Under the pieces are notes generated by a model. It worked only from the letters and a program-made list of their open reading frames with translations. It was not told where the DNA came from and did not search any database. A stretch of DNA of 64,000 nt, taken from an uncultured Gammaproteobacteria bacterium (GTDB taxonomy: Bacteria; Pseudomonadota; Gammaproteobacteria; DRLM01). The first letter of the stretch is position 1; each line of letters starts with the position of its first letter. Both the position numbers and the translations under genes were made by a program. Positions 1 to 9,583 of this stretch are shown here, in pieces. The stretch covers positions 1,056,001 to 1,120,000 of the forward strand of contig CAVSNY010000007.1 of assembly GCA_963729605.1 (NCBI GenBank). Reading direction: 5' to 3'.

Positions 1-1
1 C

Positions 2-136
2 TTCGAGCTGGATGCCGCGCCCGTGCGCGTGTCCGCGGTGAACGTGCCCATCCCCTACAATCACCACTTGGAAAAAGCCGCCATCCCCAACGCCAAGAAG
101 GTCGTCGAGGCGGTGCGCAAGATGTTGGGCAAATAA
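2..136 (+). CDS. pdhB: Pyruvate dehydrogenase E1 beta subunit, C-terminal end (partial, runs off window)
   Basis: Frame from nt 2 reads FELDAAPVRVSAVNVPIPYNHHLEKAAIPNAKKVVEAVRKMLGK*, a typical E1-beta (transketolase C-domain) tail; lies directly upstream of the E2/E3 gene. Confidence 0.85.
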   Translation, partial: FELDAAPVRVSAVNVPIPYNHHLEKAAIPNAKKVVEAVRKMLGK

Positions 137-139
137 AAT

Positions 140-430
140 GTAGCGTGGGTTAGGCGCGTCTTCGCGCCGTAACCCACCAAGCCGCGCCGTCAGGCGCACC
201 TTTAAAATATTAAGGAGTCGCTGCGCGACGCTCGGTGGGTTACGGCGTTGTCACCCTCACCCCATCCCTCTCCCGCTTGCGGGAGAGGGGGAGATGGAAA
301 GGATGAATTGATCGGCGTCTAACCCACCCTACATTCTTACTCCCTCTCTCTTGATGGGAGAGGGCAGGGGAGAGGGTAAGCGCGACGGTCGGTGGGTTAC
401 GGCGCAACAATCCGCCCAACCCACCCTACA
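140..430. repeat. GTAG-type REP cluster (REPIN/BIME-like) interleaved with CCCTCTCCC palindromes
   Basis: GTAGCGTGGGTTAG..CGTAACCCACC, inverted GGTGGGTTACG..CTAACCCACCCTAC copies (to ~333 and ~429), and CCCTCACCCC..CCCTCTCCC..GGGAGAGGG units at ~254-291 and ~340-378. Confidence 0.85.
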
Positions 431-461
431 TATACAACTTCAGTTTCTATCAGGGACAGTC

Positions 462-3400
462 ATGGCAGAACCCTACGCAATCAAAATGCCCCAGCTTTCC
501 GACACCATGACCGAAGGCGTCATTGTGAGCTGGGAAAAGAAAATCGGTGACAAGATCGAGCGCGGCGACATCGTCGCCACCGTCGAGACCGACAAGGCGG
601 TGATGGACGTCGAGGTGTTCCGCGCCGGTTATCTCTCCGGCCCGATGCTGCCCGCCGACAGCACCGTGCCGGTGGGTGATGCCATCGCTTATCTGGTCGA
701 AAGCGCCGATCAAGTGCAGCGCGGCGACGCCGCGCCCGCGAAGAAAGAAGCTGCATCAGCGCAGCAGCCCGCGCCGCGCCAGCCGGATCGCGAAGAGATT
801 CAGCGTGAAGCCGGGCCGGTGCATGAAACGACCGAATCGCACGACACGCATGCCGCCGCCGAGTCGCATGACGAGCACGCCTCCACCGCCGCCGAGTCCG
901 AGGCCCCCGCAGGCGCGACCTATACCATCAAAATGCCGCAGCTCTCCGACACCATGACCGAAGGTCTGGTCGTGAGCTGGGAGAAGAATCTCGGCGACAA
1001 GATCGCGCGCGGCGACATCGTCGCGACGGTCGAGACCGACAAGGCGGTGATGGACGTCGAGGTGTTCCGCGAAGGTTACCTCTCCGGCCCGCAGGCCGCG
1101 GTCGACAGCACCGTGCATGTCGGCGGCGTGCTCGCGTATCTGGTCGAATCGCCCGAGCAGGTGCAGAAGGGCAGCATCGCCGCCGGCGCCGCGCCCGCGA
1201 AGCAAGCTGCCACGCCTGCCGCGACGAAATCCACGTCGGCCCCCGCGAAACGCGAAGCCGCACCCGTCGCGCCGCAATTGAGCGGCACGGCCAAGCCCGC
1301 GCCGCGTCCCGACAACAAACAGGCCTCGCCGTACGCGCGCAAGCTCGCGGGCGAGCTGCACGTGAATCTCAACAACGTGCGCGGCACCGGCCCCAATGGC
1401 GAGATCACCGCCGACGATGTATTGAAAGCGCAGCCTGTGCATCGTGCCGCCGGCACGGTCGCGCCGATGCCGGCGCACGCCATGCCCGAGGTGCAAGTGC
1501 CCGGCGATGGCCGCCCGATGACGTCGATGGAAAAGGCGGTGAGTCATTCGATGACCGCGTCGCTCACCATGCCGACCTTCCGCGTGTCGGTGAACGCGCA
1601 GCCCGGCGCGCTCATCAAGGCCGCGAAGAAGAAAGGCGTGTCGGTGACGGTCGCGATCGCCAAGGCGTGCGCCGAAGCGATCCAGAAACACCCGCGTATG
1701 AACGCCTGTTATCAGCCCGTCGACAAGATCGTCGAACGCAGCAACATCGACGTCGGCATGGCCGTCTCCGCCGACGGCGGCGGTTTGGTCGTGCCGGTGC
1801 TGCGTCACGCCGAACAGAAGTCGGTCGAAGAATTGAATGAAGCCTGGGGCGGCCTCGTCGAGCGCGCGCGCAAGCGCCGCCTCGCGCCCGAGGAATACGC
1901 CAATCCGACCTTCATGGTCTCGAACATGGGCATGCTCGGCGTCACGTATTTCGACGCGATCCCCACGCCCGGCACGGCCGCGATCCTCGCGATTTCCTCG
2001 GCGGGTAAAGACGGCATGCCGCTCACCATCACCGCCGATCATCGCGTGGTGAATGGCGCCGACGTCGCGGTGTTCCTGAACACGCTGAAGCAGAAGATCG
2101 AGCAGCCGGAAGAATGGATAGGCCCGCTGGGCTCTGCCATTCCCGAAGGCGATTGGAATTACGACGTGGTCGTGATCGGCGGCGGACCCGGCGGCGAAGA
2201 CTGCGCGCGCGATCTCGCCGAGCATGGCTTGAAGGTCGCGATGATCAACGACGCGCCGCTGCCCGGCGGCGAATGTCTGTGGCGCGGCTGCATACCGTCG
2301 AAGGCGTGGCGCGCGGCGGCGGATCGCATCCGCGACCGCGTGCACGATGAACACCTCGGCGTCGAGAACACCACCGACGCGCGCCTCAACTGGGCCAAGC
2401 TCGAAGAGACACGCCGCAAGGTGCTCGAGACGCGCGGCGAAATGGCGCTCAAGACCGACACCGGCGTCAAGATCAAAGTCATCCAAGGCTACGCCTCGTT
2501 CGAGACTGACCACCGCATCTTCGTCGACACCTCGAACAACCAAACCGAACGCCACGCGCGCGCCGCGGCCGGCGACCGCAGCAAAGGCGAACACATCACC
2601 TTCGGCTGCGCGGTCATCGCTACCGGCGCGCCGCCGTTCGTACCGCCCATCCCCGGCGCGCACGAAGGCGTGCAGAGCGGCGGTGTGCTCACCTCCGACA
2701 CCGTGTGGTGGCTGAAAGAAGTGCCGAAGACGCTGGCCGTGGTCGGCGGCGGCGCCATCGGCGTCGAGATGGCGCAGATCTTCCAGGACTTCGGCAGCGA
2801 AGTCGTGCTGGTCGAGGCGCAGCCGCGCATCCTCGCCGAGGTCGAGCCCGAGGTCGCGAAGAATCTCACGCAGATACTCAACGACGATCCGCGCCTCACC
2901 ATCCACACCGGCGCCAAGGTCAGCGAGATCAAAGGCACGCCCGGCAAGATGCAGCTCGTGTTCGAAGACGGCGAAGGCAAGAAGACTACGGTCGCCTGCG
3001 ATTACGTGCTGATGGCGACCGGCAAACGCCCCGTGCTCGAACCGCTCGAGTTGAATAACGCCGGCGTTGCGATCGAAAAAGGTGTGATCAAGGCCGACGT
3101 GCGTTGCCGCACCAGCGTGCCGCACATCTTCGCCGTGGGCGACGTCATCGGCGGCTACATGCTCGCGCACACCGCGGGGCAACAAGGCCGCGTCGCCGCC
3201 GCCAACATCCTCGGCGAAGACATGAAGTACGACCAGGATAAAGACTGTGGCGTCATCTTCACGCGACCCGAAGCCGCGTTCGTCGGCCTCTCCGTTGACC
3301 AAGCGAAAGCCAAAGGCATCGACGCCGCGGAAGTGAAAGTGCCCATGGCCATTGATGCCAAGGCCATGATCACCGCCGAGACGCAAGGCCTCATCAAAAT

Positions 3401-3623
3401 CGTCGCCGACAAACAAAGTCACCGCATCGTCGGCGTCCACTTCCTCGCCGACCACGCCGACACCTTGATCGGCGAAGCGGTGATGATGGTCTCCGCCAAC
3501 ATGAGCTTGGAACAAGTCGCGCAGGCCATCCATCCGCATCCGACGCAAACGGAGTTGTTCGGAGAGATGGCGAGGAGGCTGCTGTCGCGATTGAGGCGGA
3601 GTGAAAAAGCGAAGGCGAAATAA
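462..3623 (+). CDS. Fused dihydrolipoamide acyltransferase (E2) - dihydrolipoamide dehydrogenase (E3)
   Basis: Two lipoyl domains (VETDKAVMDVE x2), E3-binding motif (ASPYARKLA..GTGPNGEIT), acyltransferase motif DHRVVNG, then FAD motif GGGPGG, redox-active CLWRGC, NAD motif GGGAIG and C-terminal HPHPTQTE; ATG at 462 preferred because the longer TTG start lies within repeats. Confidence 0.92.
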   Translation: MAEPYAIKMPQLSDTMTEGVIVSWEKKIGDKIERGDIVATVETDKAVMDVEVFRAGYLSGPMLPADSTVPVGDAIAYLVESADQVQRGDAAPAKKEAASAQQPAPRQPDREEIQREAGPVHETTESHDTHAAAESHDEHASTAAESEAPAGATYTIKMPQLSDTMTEGLVVSWEKNLGDKIARGDIVATVETDKAVMDVEVFREGYLSGPQAAVDSTVHVGGVLAYLVESPEQVQKGSIAAGAAPAKQAATPAATKSTSAPAKREAAPVAPQLSGTAKPAPRPDNKQASPYARKLAGELHVNLNNVRGTGPNGEITADDVLKAQPVHRAAGTVAPMPAHAMPEVQVPGDGRPMTSMEKAVSHSMTASLTMPTFRVSVNAQPGALIKAAKKKGVSVTVAIAKACAEAIQKHPRMNACYQPVDKIVERSNIDVGMAVSADGGGLVVPVLRHAEQKSVEELNEAWGGLVERARKRRLAPEEYANPTFMVSNMGMLGVTYFDAIPTPGTAAILAISSAGKDGMPLTITADHRVVNGADVAVFLNTLKQKIEQPEEWIGPLGSAIPEGDWNYDVVVIGGGPGGEDCARDLAEHGLKVAMINDAPLPGGECLWRGCIPSKAWRAAADRIRDRVHDEHLGVENTTDARLNWAKLEETRRKVLETRGEMALKTDTGVKIKVIQGYASFETDHRIFVDTSNNQTERHARAAAGDRSKGEHITFGCAVIATGAPPFVPPIPGAHEGVQSGGVLTSDTVWWLKEVPKTLAVVGGGAIGVEMAQIFQDFGSEVVLVEAQPRILAEVEPEVAKNLTQILNDDPRLTIHTGAKVSEIKGTPGKMQLVFEDGEGKKTTVACDYVLMATGKRPVLEPLELNNAGVAIEKGVIKADVRCRTSVPHIFAVGDVIGGYMLAHTAGQQGRVAAANILGEDMKYDQDKDCGVIFTRPEAAFVGLSVDQAKAKGIDAAEVKVPMAIDAKAMITAETQGLIKIVADKQSHRIVGVHFLADHADTLIGEAVMMVSANMSLEQVAQAIHPHPTQTELFGEMARRLLSRLRRSEKAKAK

Positions 3624-3644
3624 TCCGCCGCTTTATATCCCCCC

Positions 3645-3673
3645 AAGGCCAGCACCCGCTGGCCTTTTCTTTT
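3645..3673 (+). terminator. Rho-independent terminator of the pdh operon
   Basis: AAGGCCAGC-ACCC-GCTGGCCTT stem followed by TTCTTTT. Confidence 0.8.
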
Positions 3674-3680
3674 ACTGGGC

Positions 3681-3709
3681 TTGTGGCGCGTCCCCGCGCG
3701 TTCTATGAT
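3681..3709 (+). promoter_or_regulatory. Putative sigma70 promoter facing the leader ORF and cassette array
   Basis: TTGTGG-17 nt-TATGAT; GGGGGGAG RBS before the ATG at 3756. Confidence 0.5.
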
Positions 3710-3755
3710 CGTGGCCAAATAACCCAATAAATACCGCGTATCTCGAGGGGGGAGT

Positions 3756-4100
3756 ATGTTGGTCGGCACCGTCCGCAGGCCCGGCGCCAAGGGCACTCGC
3801 AAATTCGTCGAACACTACGGCGACCGCTTGATTTGCGTGCGTTACCGTCACGACCCTGCCCAGGGCCGCCGTGACAAGACGGCGGAACCCATCGTAGAAG
3901 CAAGCCGGTGGTGTCCCTCGTCCGTATCCGTGTCTGCCCTCCTCGTGTGTCGCCGTGCGTATAGGCATATATGAAAAGACCTGCAACCCAAAACAACGCC
4001 TGGGCGGTATATAGCGAGCCGCGGAACGTCAGTGGCATACCCCGAATTCGAAGTGCGTAAGCTGGGCTTGGCGGGCTGTATTGTGAGGAAAGATGAAGGT
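3756..4100 (+). pseudogene. Decayed small conserved hypothetical protein at the head of the cassette array
   Basis: Intact N-terminus MLVGTVRRPGAKGTRKFVEHYGDRLICVRYRHD; protein-like continuation in shifted frames (VAVRIGIYE, LGGI*RAAERQW, EVRKLGLAGCIV) indicates frameshifts and an internal stop. Confidence 0.6.
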
Positions 4101-4164
4101 CTAGAGGTGCTGGATATGAGGCCTTGGGTACTGAATATAGGTCCGTGGTAGTACCGGTTGGAAA

Positions 4165-4194
4165 AGGCACTGTGGGGTCGAATTTAAGTTAGCC
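4165..4194 (+). other. attI-like recombination site (first cassette boundary GTTAGCC)
   Basis: GTTRRRY core at 4188-4194 after an AT-rich stretch (GTCGAATTTAA), no complementary RYYYAAC upstream, immediately followed by RBS GAGGAGG and the first cassette ORF. Confidence 0.55.
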
Positions 4195-4214
4195 AACAAA
4201 GAGGAGGTTGCGGA

Positions 4215-4598
4215 ATGGCTACGACAGACTGGGACTTGGCGGGTACTTTTCAGGCGCGATTTCCGCATACTTTTAACGCGCTGCAGAAGCTCGTTATGGC
4301 CATGGCCGCTTATAAAAAGAATCGTGGGAAGAAAACGATGCTCGGGAAGGACAAAGGGTTGGATTCATACAAGAAGTTCGAAAGCGTTCTTCGGGATACG
4401 TTGTTAGCCATGGTCGTGGATGGGGCAGTGGAAAGAAACGTAAAGGCGAAAGAGTGCCGCGAAACTCTTACGGAGATGGTCGCGGCTTTTGCGGAAGTAT
4501 TTCCAAATTGGCAGGACGCGTACTCATTTGCGGACGAATATTTCATAAAGAACGCTGTCACTGCCGAAGATAGAATTCGAGACATGTTGCGCCAGTAA
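4215..4598 (+). CDS. Hypothetical protein (cassette 1, ORF A)
   Basis: 127-aa AT-rich ORF with strong RBS about 20 nt after the GTTAGCC core; no recognisable motif. Confidence 0.75.
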   Translation: MATTDWDLAGTFQARFPHTFNALQKLVMAMAAYKKNRGKKTMLGKDKGLDSYKKFESVLRDTLLAMVVDGAVERNVKAKECRETLTEMVAAFAEVFPNWQDAYSFADEYFIKNAVTAEDRIRDMLRQ

Positions 4599-4880
4599 CC
4601 TGGCGACTTCTGTGAGGGTATAACGATGGGGCTATGGGACTCAGTATTTGGAAAGAAGGTTACGATTCAAGGTCGTGATGAAAACGGCAAACCATTCGAA
4701 ACCAAGGTATCTGAAAAGCAGTTCAAGAAATGGGAGCAGGAAGGTCTTCTGAGTAAAACAGAGGTAGTTGAAGTACACGTCCTCGATCCGAAAGGTAGTT
4801 ACACCACACATTGGAAAGTTGGTGAGGACATTTCCGCCGAAGTGGTCGAAAAATTCAAGAACCCGGCCACCATGTAGTGG

Positions 4881-6088
<1,208 letters not shown>

Positions 6089-6235
6089 TCACCCAGAATC
6101 AGGTGGCCAAATCGACTATGCCACTACACCAACAAACTTTACGCATTTACTGTGTACGAAGCAGGGGAACCAAAGACCAGCGTGCTTCAATACGCCAAGT
6201 GGCTGGAAATTAAAGTGGCAATGGGAGAGTGAATT

Positions 6236-6323
6236 GTCTAATAAGCACAAGCACGCAGACCGAAAAAAGCGCCACTCGTTCCTCTCTCTGCTTTTTTCGG
6301 CCGGTGATGCGCGGCGGTTAGGC
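6236..6323 (+). other. attC site 1 (R'' degenerate)
   Basis: GTCTAAT ... inner inverted repeat CCGAAAAAAGC/GCTTTTTTCGG ... GTTAGGC, located between the stop of one ORF and the RBS of the next. Confidence 0.8.
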
Positions 6324-6344
6324 TAACAAAAATGGGGGCGTGAA

Positions 6345-6797
6345 ATGATTGAACGTTTGAATCTAAAAATATTCATAATTGGTGCTGTCTTTCTAATTGT
6401 TGGTTGCGCATCTACTGCACGTCTCTATCCTAGCAACGATCTGGCTTCAAGCATTGGCATGCTTAAAGCTACATATATGGATTATGGTGTTGGTGGCGGA
6501 AAAATTACGATAAATATGCCTGATGGAGAAACCCTGACTGGGGAATACTCTACTGCGGATACAAGTTCCTATGGTTTTGGTAATGTCTATGCCAGTGTGT
6601 ATGGAACGAATGGCAGTGCGTTTGGTTCCGGGACATCGACAATGACTGCGGTTTCTGGTTCAAGTCCAGGAGTGGCTTCATTGTATGGTGACAAAGGAAC
6701 ATCTATGACCTGTGAATATTTTGTGAACAATTGGACTGGAAAAGGGGCAGGTGCATGCAAGTCATCCTCGGGCGCTCTTTTCAAGCTGCATTTCTAG
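6345..6797 (+). CDS. Putative lipoprotein (cassette 2)
   Basis: Signal peptide with lipobox LIVGC; AT-rich; bounded by GTTAGGC and GCCTAAC. Confidence 0.8.
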   Translation: MIERLNLKIFIIGAVFLIVGCASTARLYPSNDLASSIGMLKATYMDYGVGGGKITINMPDGETLTGEYSTADTSSYGFGNVYASVYGTNGSAFGSGTSTMTAVSGSSPGVASLYGDKGTSMTCEYFVNNWTGKGAGACKSSSGALFKLHF

Positions 6798-6807
6798 ATG
6801 TACCGCG

Positions 6808-6913
6808 GCCTAACAAGGCAAATTCACGCGGACACATTTCCGCAACGCTCGTTTGTGGCGAATGCCACAAGCCTCCTGTTGCTACAATGTGCCGGTGATT
6901 TGCGGCGTTAGGC
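6808..6913 (+). other. attC site 2 (canonical)
   Basis: R'' GCCTAAC (6808-6814) exactly complementary to R' GTTAGGC (6907-6913); L boxes GCAAATTCAC/GTGATTTGC with one extrahelical base; internal hairpin TTGTGGC/GCCACAA. Confidence 0.92.
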
Positions 6914-6919
6914 TTCACC

Positions 6920-7675
6920 ATGAGCAACGGCGGTATCTATCTCATCATCCATAAGCCCACGGGCAAGGTATACGTTGGTCAAGCCATTAGCTACTTGCGC
7001 CGATGGAAAAAACATAGCGAGGATCTCGATTCAGGACTGCATCATAATTACAAGCTGCAATCGCTGTGGACTCGTGATGGCCCATCAGCTTTTGAATTCA
7101 AGAAGCTACGCTTGCTTCCTGATGGGTTAACCGCACTGGAACGCCAACGCTGGCTAGTCCGAATGGAGAGAGAATCTTGGGACTTCTATCGAAAGAGCGA
7201 TCTGGCACTGAATATTGCATCACCAGAAATCGTCGAAACACCAGACGCGTTGGCCGAATACAAATTGGAACGTAAGAACACAACAAGTGAATTAACCGCT
7301 CACATTAAATCACTAAAACCACAAATTGAAGAAGCCCAGCTTAACTTTCGCACGAAATCGCGTGACGAATACGAATTCCGAATGGCGTTTGAAAAAGCGT
7401 GGGCACTGCTAAAGAGAAATTCTGGCTGGCGCGGCTTCCTATTTGGTAAAACCACATCAACACCTGTGGAGATATTGAAGAGAGAAGCCGAACGCCGTGC
7501 AGCCGAACTTATTAACGCGGAACTAGCGACGCGCCATGCTAACGATCTACTTCAGTCACTTGAGAAGCAGCGAAAGGAGCTGTATCGCTCCTATCCCGGC
7601 AACCAAGACCGTCGGATACGCGGAACCGATCTCTTCTTATTTACCCGTCAGAAAAATAAGACCACTATACGGTAA
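6920..7675 (+). CDS. GIY-YIG nuclease domain protein with helical/coiled-coil C-terminus (cassette 3)
   Basis: GGIYLI..KVYVGQA..RRWKKH..HHNYKLQ..E motifs; starts 7 nt after attC2. Confidence 0.85.
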   Translation: MSNGGIYLIIHKPTGKVYVGQAISYLRRWKKHSEDLDSGLHHNYKLQSLWTRDGPSAFEFKKLRLLPDGLTALERQRWLVRMERESWDFYRKSDLALNIASPEIVETPDALAEYKLERKNTTSELTAHIKSLKPQIEEAQLNFRTKSRDEYEFRMAFEKAWALLKRNSGWRGFLFGKTTSTPVEILKREAERRAAELINAELATRHANDLLQSLEKQRKELYRSYPGNQDRRIRGTDLFLFTRQKNKTTIR

Positions 7676-7705
7676 AATGAAGCGGCGCGCTCAAAACCCA
7701 AGCTC

Positions 7706-7970
7706 GTAGGGCGGAAGCCCAAAGGGCGTTTCGCCGCATGGGTTAGGCCAACGGGACCAAACCCAAAACCGGGACAGATTTATTTATCCCTTTGAAAGAG
7801 TGTCTTTCGTAGACAACGTGGAAGAAATAGTAGGAAGGCGGATCGAAAAGCGCGCACCCGGCAGGCCGCAAAAGGCTGTGCCAAATGCAGAGTAGATTGT
7901 GATTGACGAGGGATAAAATAAATCTGCCCCCATTTTTCCCGGCCGAACGTCCTCTGGGCTTCCGCCCTAT
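7706..7970. mobile_element. REP-flanked, internally deleted REP-associated (RAYT-like) transposase remnant
   Basis: Outer inverted REPs GTAGGGCGGAAGCCC../..GGGCTTCCGCCCTAT; inner IRs GGGACAGATTTATTTATCCC (7771-7790) / GGGATAAAATAAATCTGCCCC (7910-7930); enclosed fragment SFVDNVEEIVGRRIEKRAPGRPQKAVPNAE* (7803-7895). Confidence 0.6.
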
Positions 7971-8004
7971 GCGAGTTGGACTTGCCCTCCTCAGTTGGCG
8001 AAGG

Positions 8005-8039
8005 CGGATGCCGTCCCCTCTATCGAGGGGACGGCATCC
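8005..8039. terminator. Strong hairpin, probable terminator of the minus-strand gene
   Basis: GGATGCCGTCCCCTC-TATC-GAGGGGACGGCATCC perfect 15-bp stem. Confidence 0.65.
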
Positions 8040-8069
8040 TAATCACCAGCAATGAACATCGTTGCTCCG

Positions 8070-9464
8070 TCAGGTCAGTCTCCGCTCGCGCCGGCATCGC
8101 GGGAAGACTGTAGCCGCGGCGAGCAGCAACGCCAGCAGCCCGAGACCCACAGCTCCGCCGCCACCGCCGCCGGACGTGCGATCCGACGTGTCACCGGACG
8201 TACCGCCGGACGTACCGCCAGGCGTGCCCCCGCCACTGTTGTTGCCGCCAGGCGTTTCGTCGCTAACGCCAAGCGCGACACGGACCACCGCACCGCAGGG
8301 CACAGTAGTGGGTCCAGGGGCAGCGCACTGGCCGCTGCCGCCGAATCGCGCCGTGCCATAAAGATGTCCGTCGCTGCCCTGGATAAAGCCACCCTGGAGG
8401 AAGCCCACTAAGTTGAAGCCCTGCGCCACTAGGTCCGACAGACTGATCAGCATCGTCACATTGCCCGCGGGTGTGATGCGGACGATGCCCATGTCTGCGT
8501 TGACGAACGTGTGCAGAATCTCAATCTCACCCGTTGGCGTAATACTGAAGAAGGAGTTGCCGGCGCCGCCGTAGAAGCCATAGAAATTGCCGTCCTCCGC
8601 ATAAACCAAGCCGCCGGCCGAGACGGAGCTAACGCTGCCCAGGCCCAACAAGCCATAGAGTTTGTCGCCAGGCCCACGCGTGAGGCGGGAAGGGATTTCG
8701 AAGTTCGCGGTGAAGGCGTGCACCAGTTCATAGTCTCCTTCGGAGGTGATGCGAAACACGGTGCCGCATTGCGAATTCGCGCAACTGCCGAATATTGGGG
8801 TCGTGCCATAGAGCGCACCATCCGGCCCCTGCACTAGGGTGGCGCGCGGGCCTGCCCCCTGGAGCCCGTTGAAGCTGTGCAGCAGGGTGACCCCCCCCTC
8901 CGGTGTCATGCGGTACGCCGCGCCGATGGTCGTTGACCCGCCGCCGCTGGTCGTCCCGTAGAAATTACCGTCGCCACCCAGAGTCAAACCACCCACGGGC
9001 GTGGCTGGATTCCCCACCCCCCCGAACGAATGCAGACGGGTGAATTCACCGGCGGGCGTGATCTTGAAGGCGGTTCCGAGGCCCGGAGCCGTTCCGGACA
9101 ACGACGTGACGCCGTAAAGGTTGCCATCCTCACCGACTGTGAGTTCGGCGGGGATCTGACAGCCATGCTGAGCGCCGAGCATCGAATGGAGTCGCTCGAA
9201 TTCTCCGGAGGCCGTCACGCTGAAGATCGTGCCGCAGCCGTCATCACCGCCCAGATAGGTCGTTCCGTAGAACTTACCCTGATGCTCCAGCAGACGCGAG
9301 ACCGGCTGCTGGCCTTGGCCGAGGCTGTCATCGAAGGAGTGAATGATGGTCAGAGTTGCACCGGCCGCGATTGCCGCTGGCGCAAGACCGGCGCATAGCA
9401 AGGCCAAGGCGAGGCCGACGAAGAACGGATTAGGTGAGATGTAGTAGCGCCTAAAAGCACACAT
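8070..9464 (-). CDS. Secreted beta-propeller-type repeat protein (GloVer/choice-of-anchor-like) with GlyGly-CTERM anchor
   Basis: Signal peptide; repeated GxDGNFYGTTxxGG..G(T/A)VFxITPxG..LHSF units; Gly/Thr/Ser linker; GGGGAVGLGLLALLLAAA..RRERR tail. Confidence 0.8.
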   Translation of the reverse strand: MCAFRRYYISPNPFFVGLALALLCAGLAPAAIAAGATLTIIHSFDDSLGQGQQPVSRLLEHQGKFYGTTYLGGDDGCGTIFSVTASGEFERLHSMLGAQHGCQIPAELTVGEDGNLYGVTSLSGTAPGLGTAFKITPAGEFTRLHSFGGVGNPATPVGGLTLGGDGNFYGTTSGGGSTTIGAAYRMTPEGGVTLLHSFNGLQGAGPRATLVQGPDGALYGTTPIFGSCANSQCGTVFRITSEGDYELVHAFTANFEIPSRLTRGPGDKLYGLLGLGSVSSVSAGGLVYAEDGNFYGFYGGAGNSFFSITPTGEIEILHTFVNADMGIVRITPAGNVTMLISLSDLVAQGFNLVGFLQGGFIQGSDGHLYGTARFGGSGQCAAPGPTTVPCGAVVRVALGVSDETPGGNNSGGGTPGGTSGGTSGDTSDRTSGGGGGGAVGLGLLALLLAAATVFPRCRRERRLT

Positions 9465-9583
9465 TTTGCCTCCAAATTATTGTTGCTTGTTGTAAAGCTG
9501 GTGGACCGAGCTTTCGGATCATACCCCAGTATCTGTACTTGAAGTGAACCGCCCCGTGTTTTGCGGAGGCTGTTTGGTTTAAG

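Noticed and set aside
351-461. N-terminal extension of the E2-E3 ORF
   Set aside because: Translates repeat DNA; the lipoyl domain starts at ATG 462
756-3548. 930-aa minus-strand ORF and the many similar long antisense ORFs across the window
   Set aside because: Shadow frames of high-GC genes with clear sense-strand motifs; no protein signatures of their own
4110-4146. CTGGATAT / CTGAATAT as LexA boxes near attI
   Set aside because: Only half-sites; no CTG-N10-CAG
3703-4170. 155-aa minus-strand ORF at the position expected for intI
   Set aside because: No tyrosine-recombinase R..HxxR..Y motifs and too short; it is the antisense of the leader pseudogene
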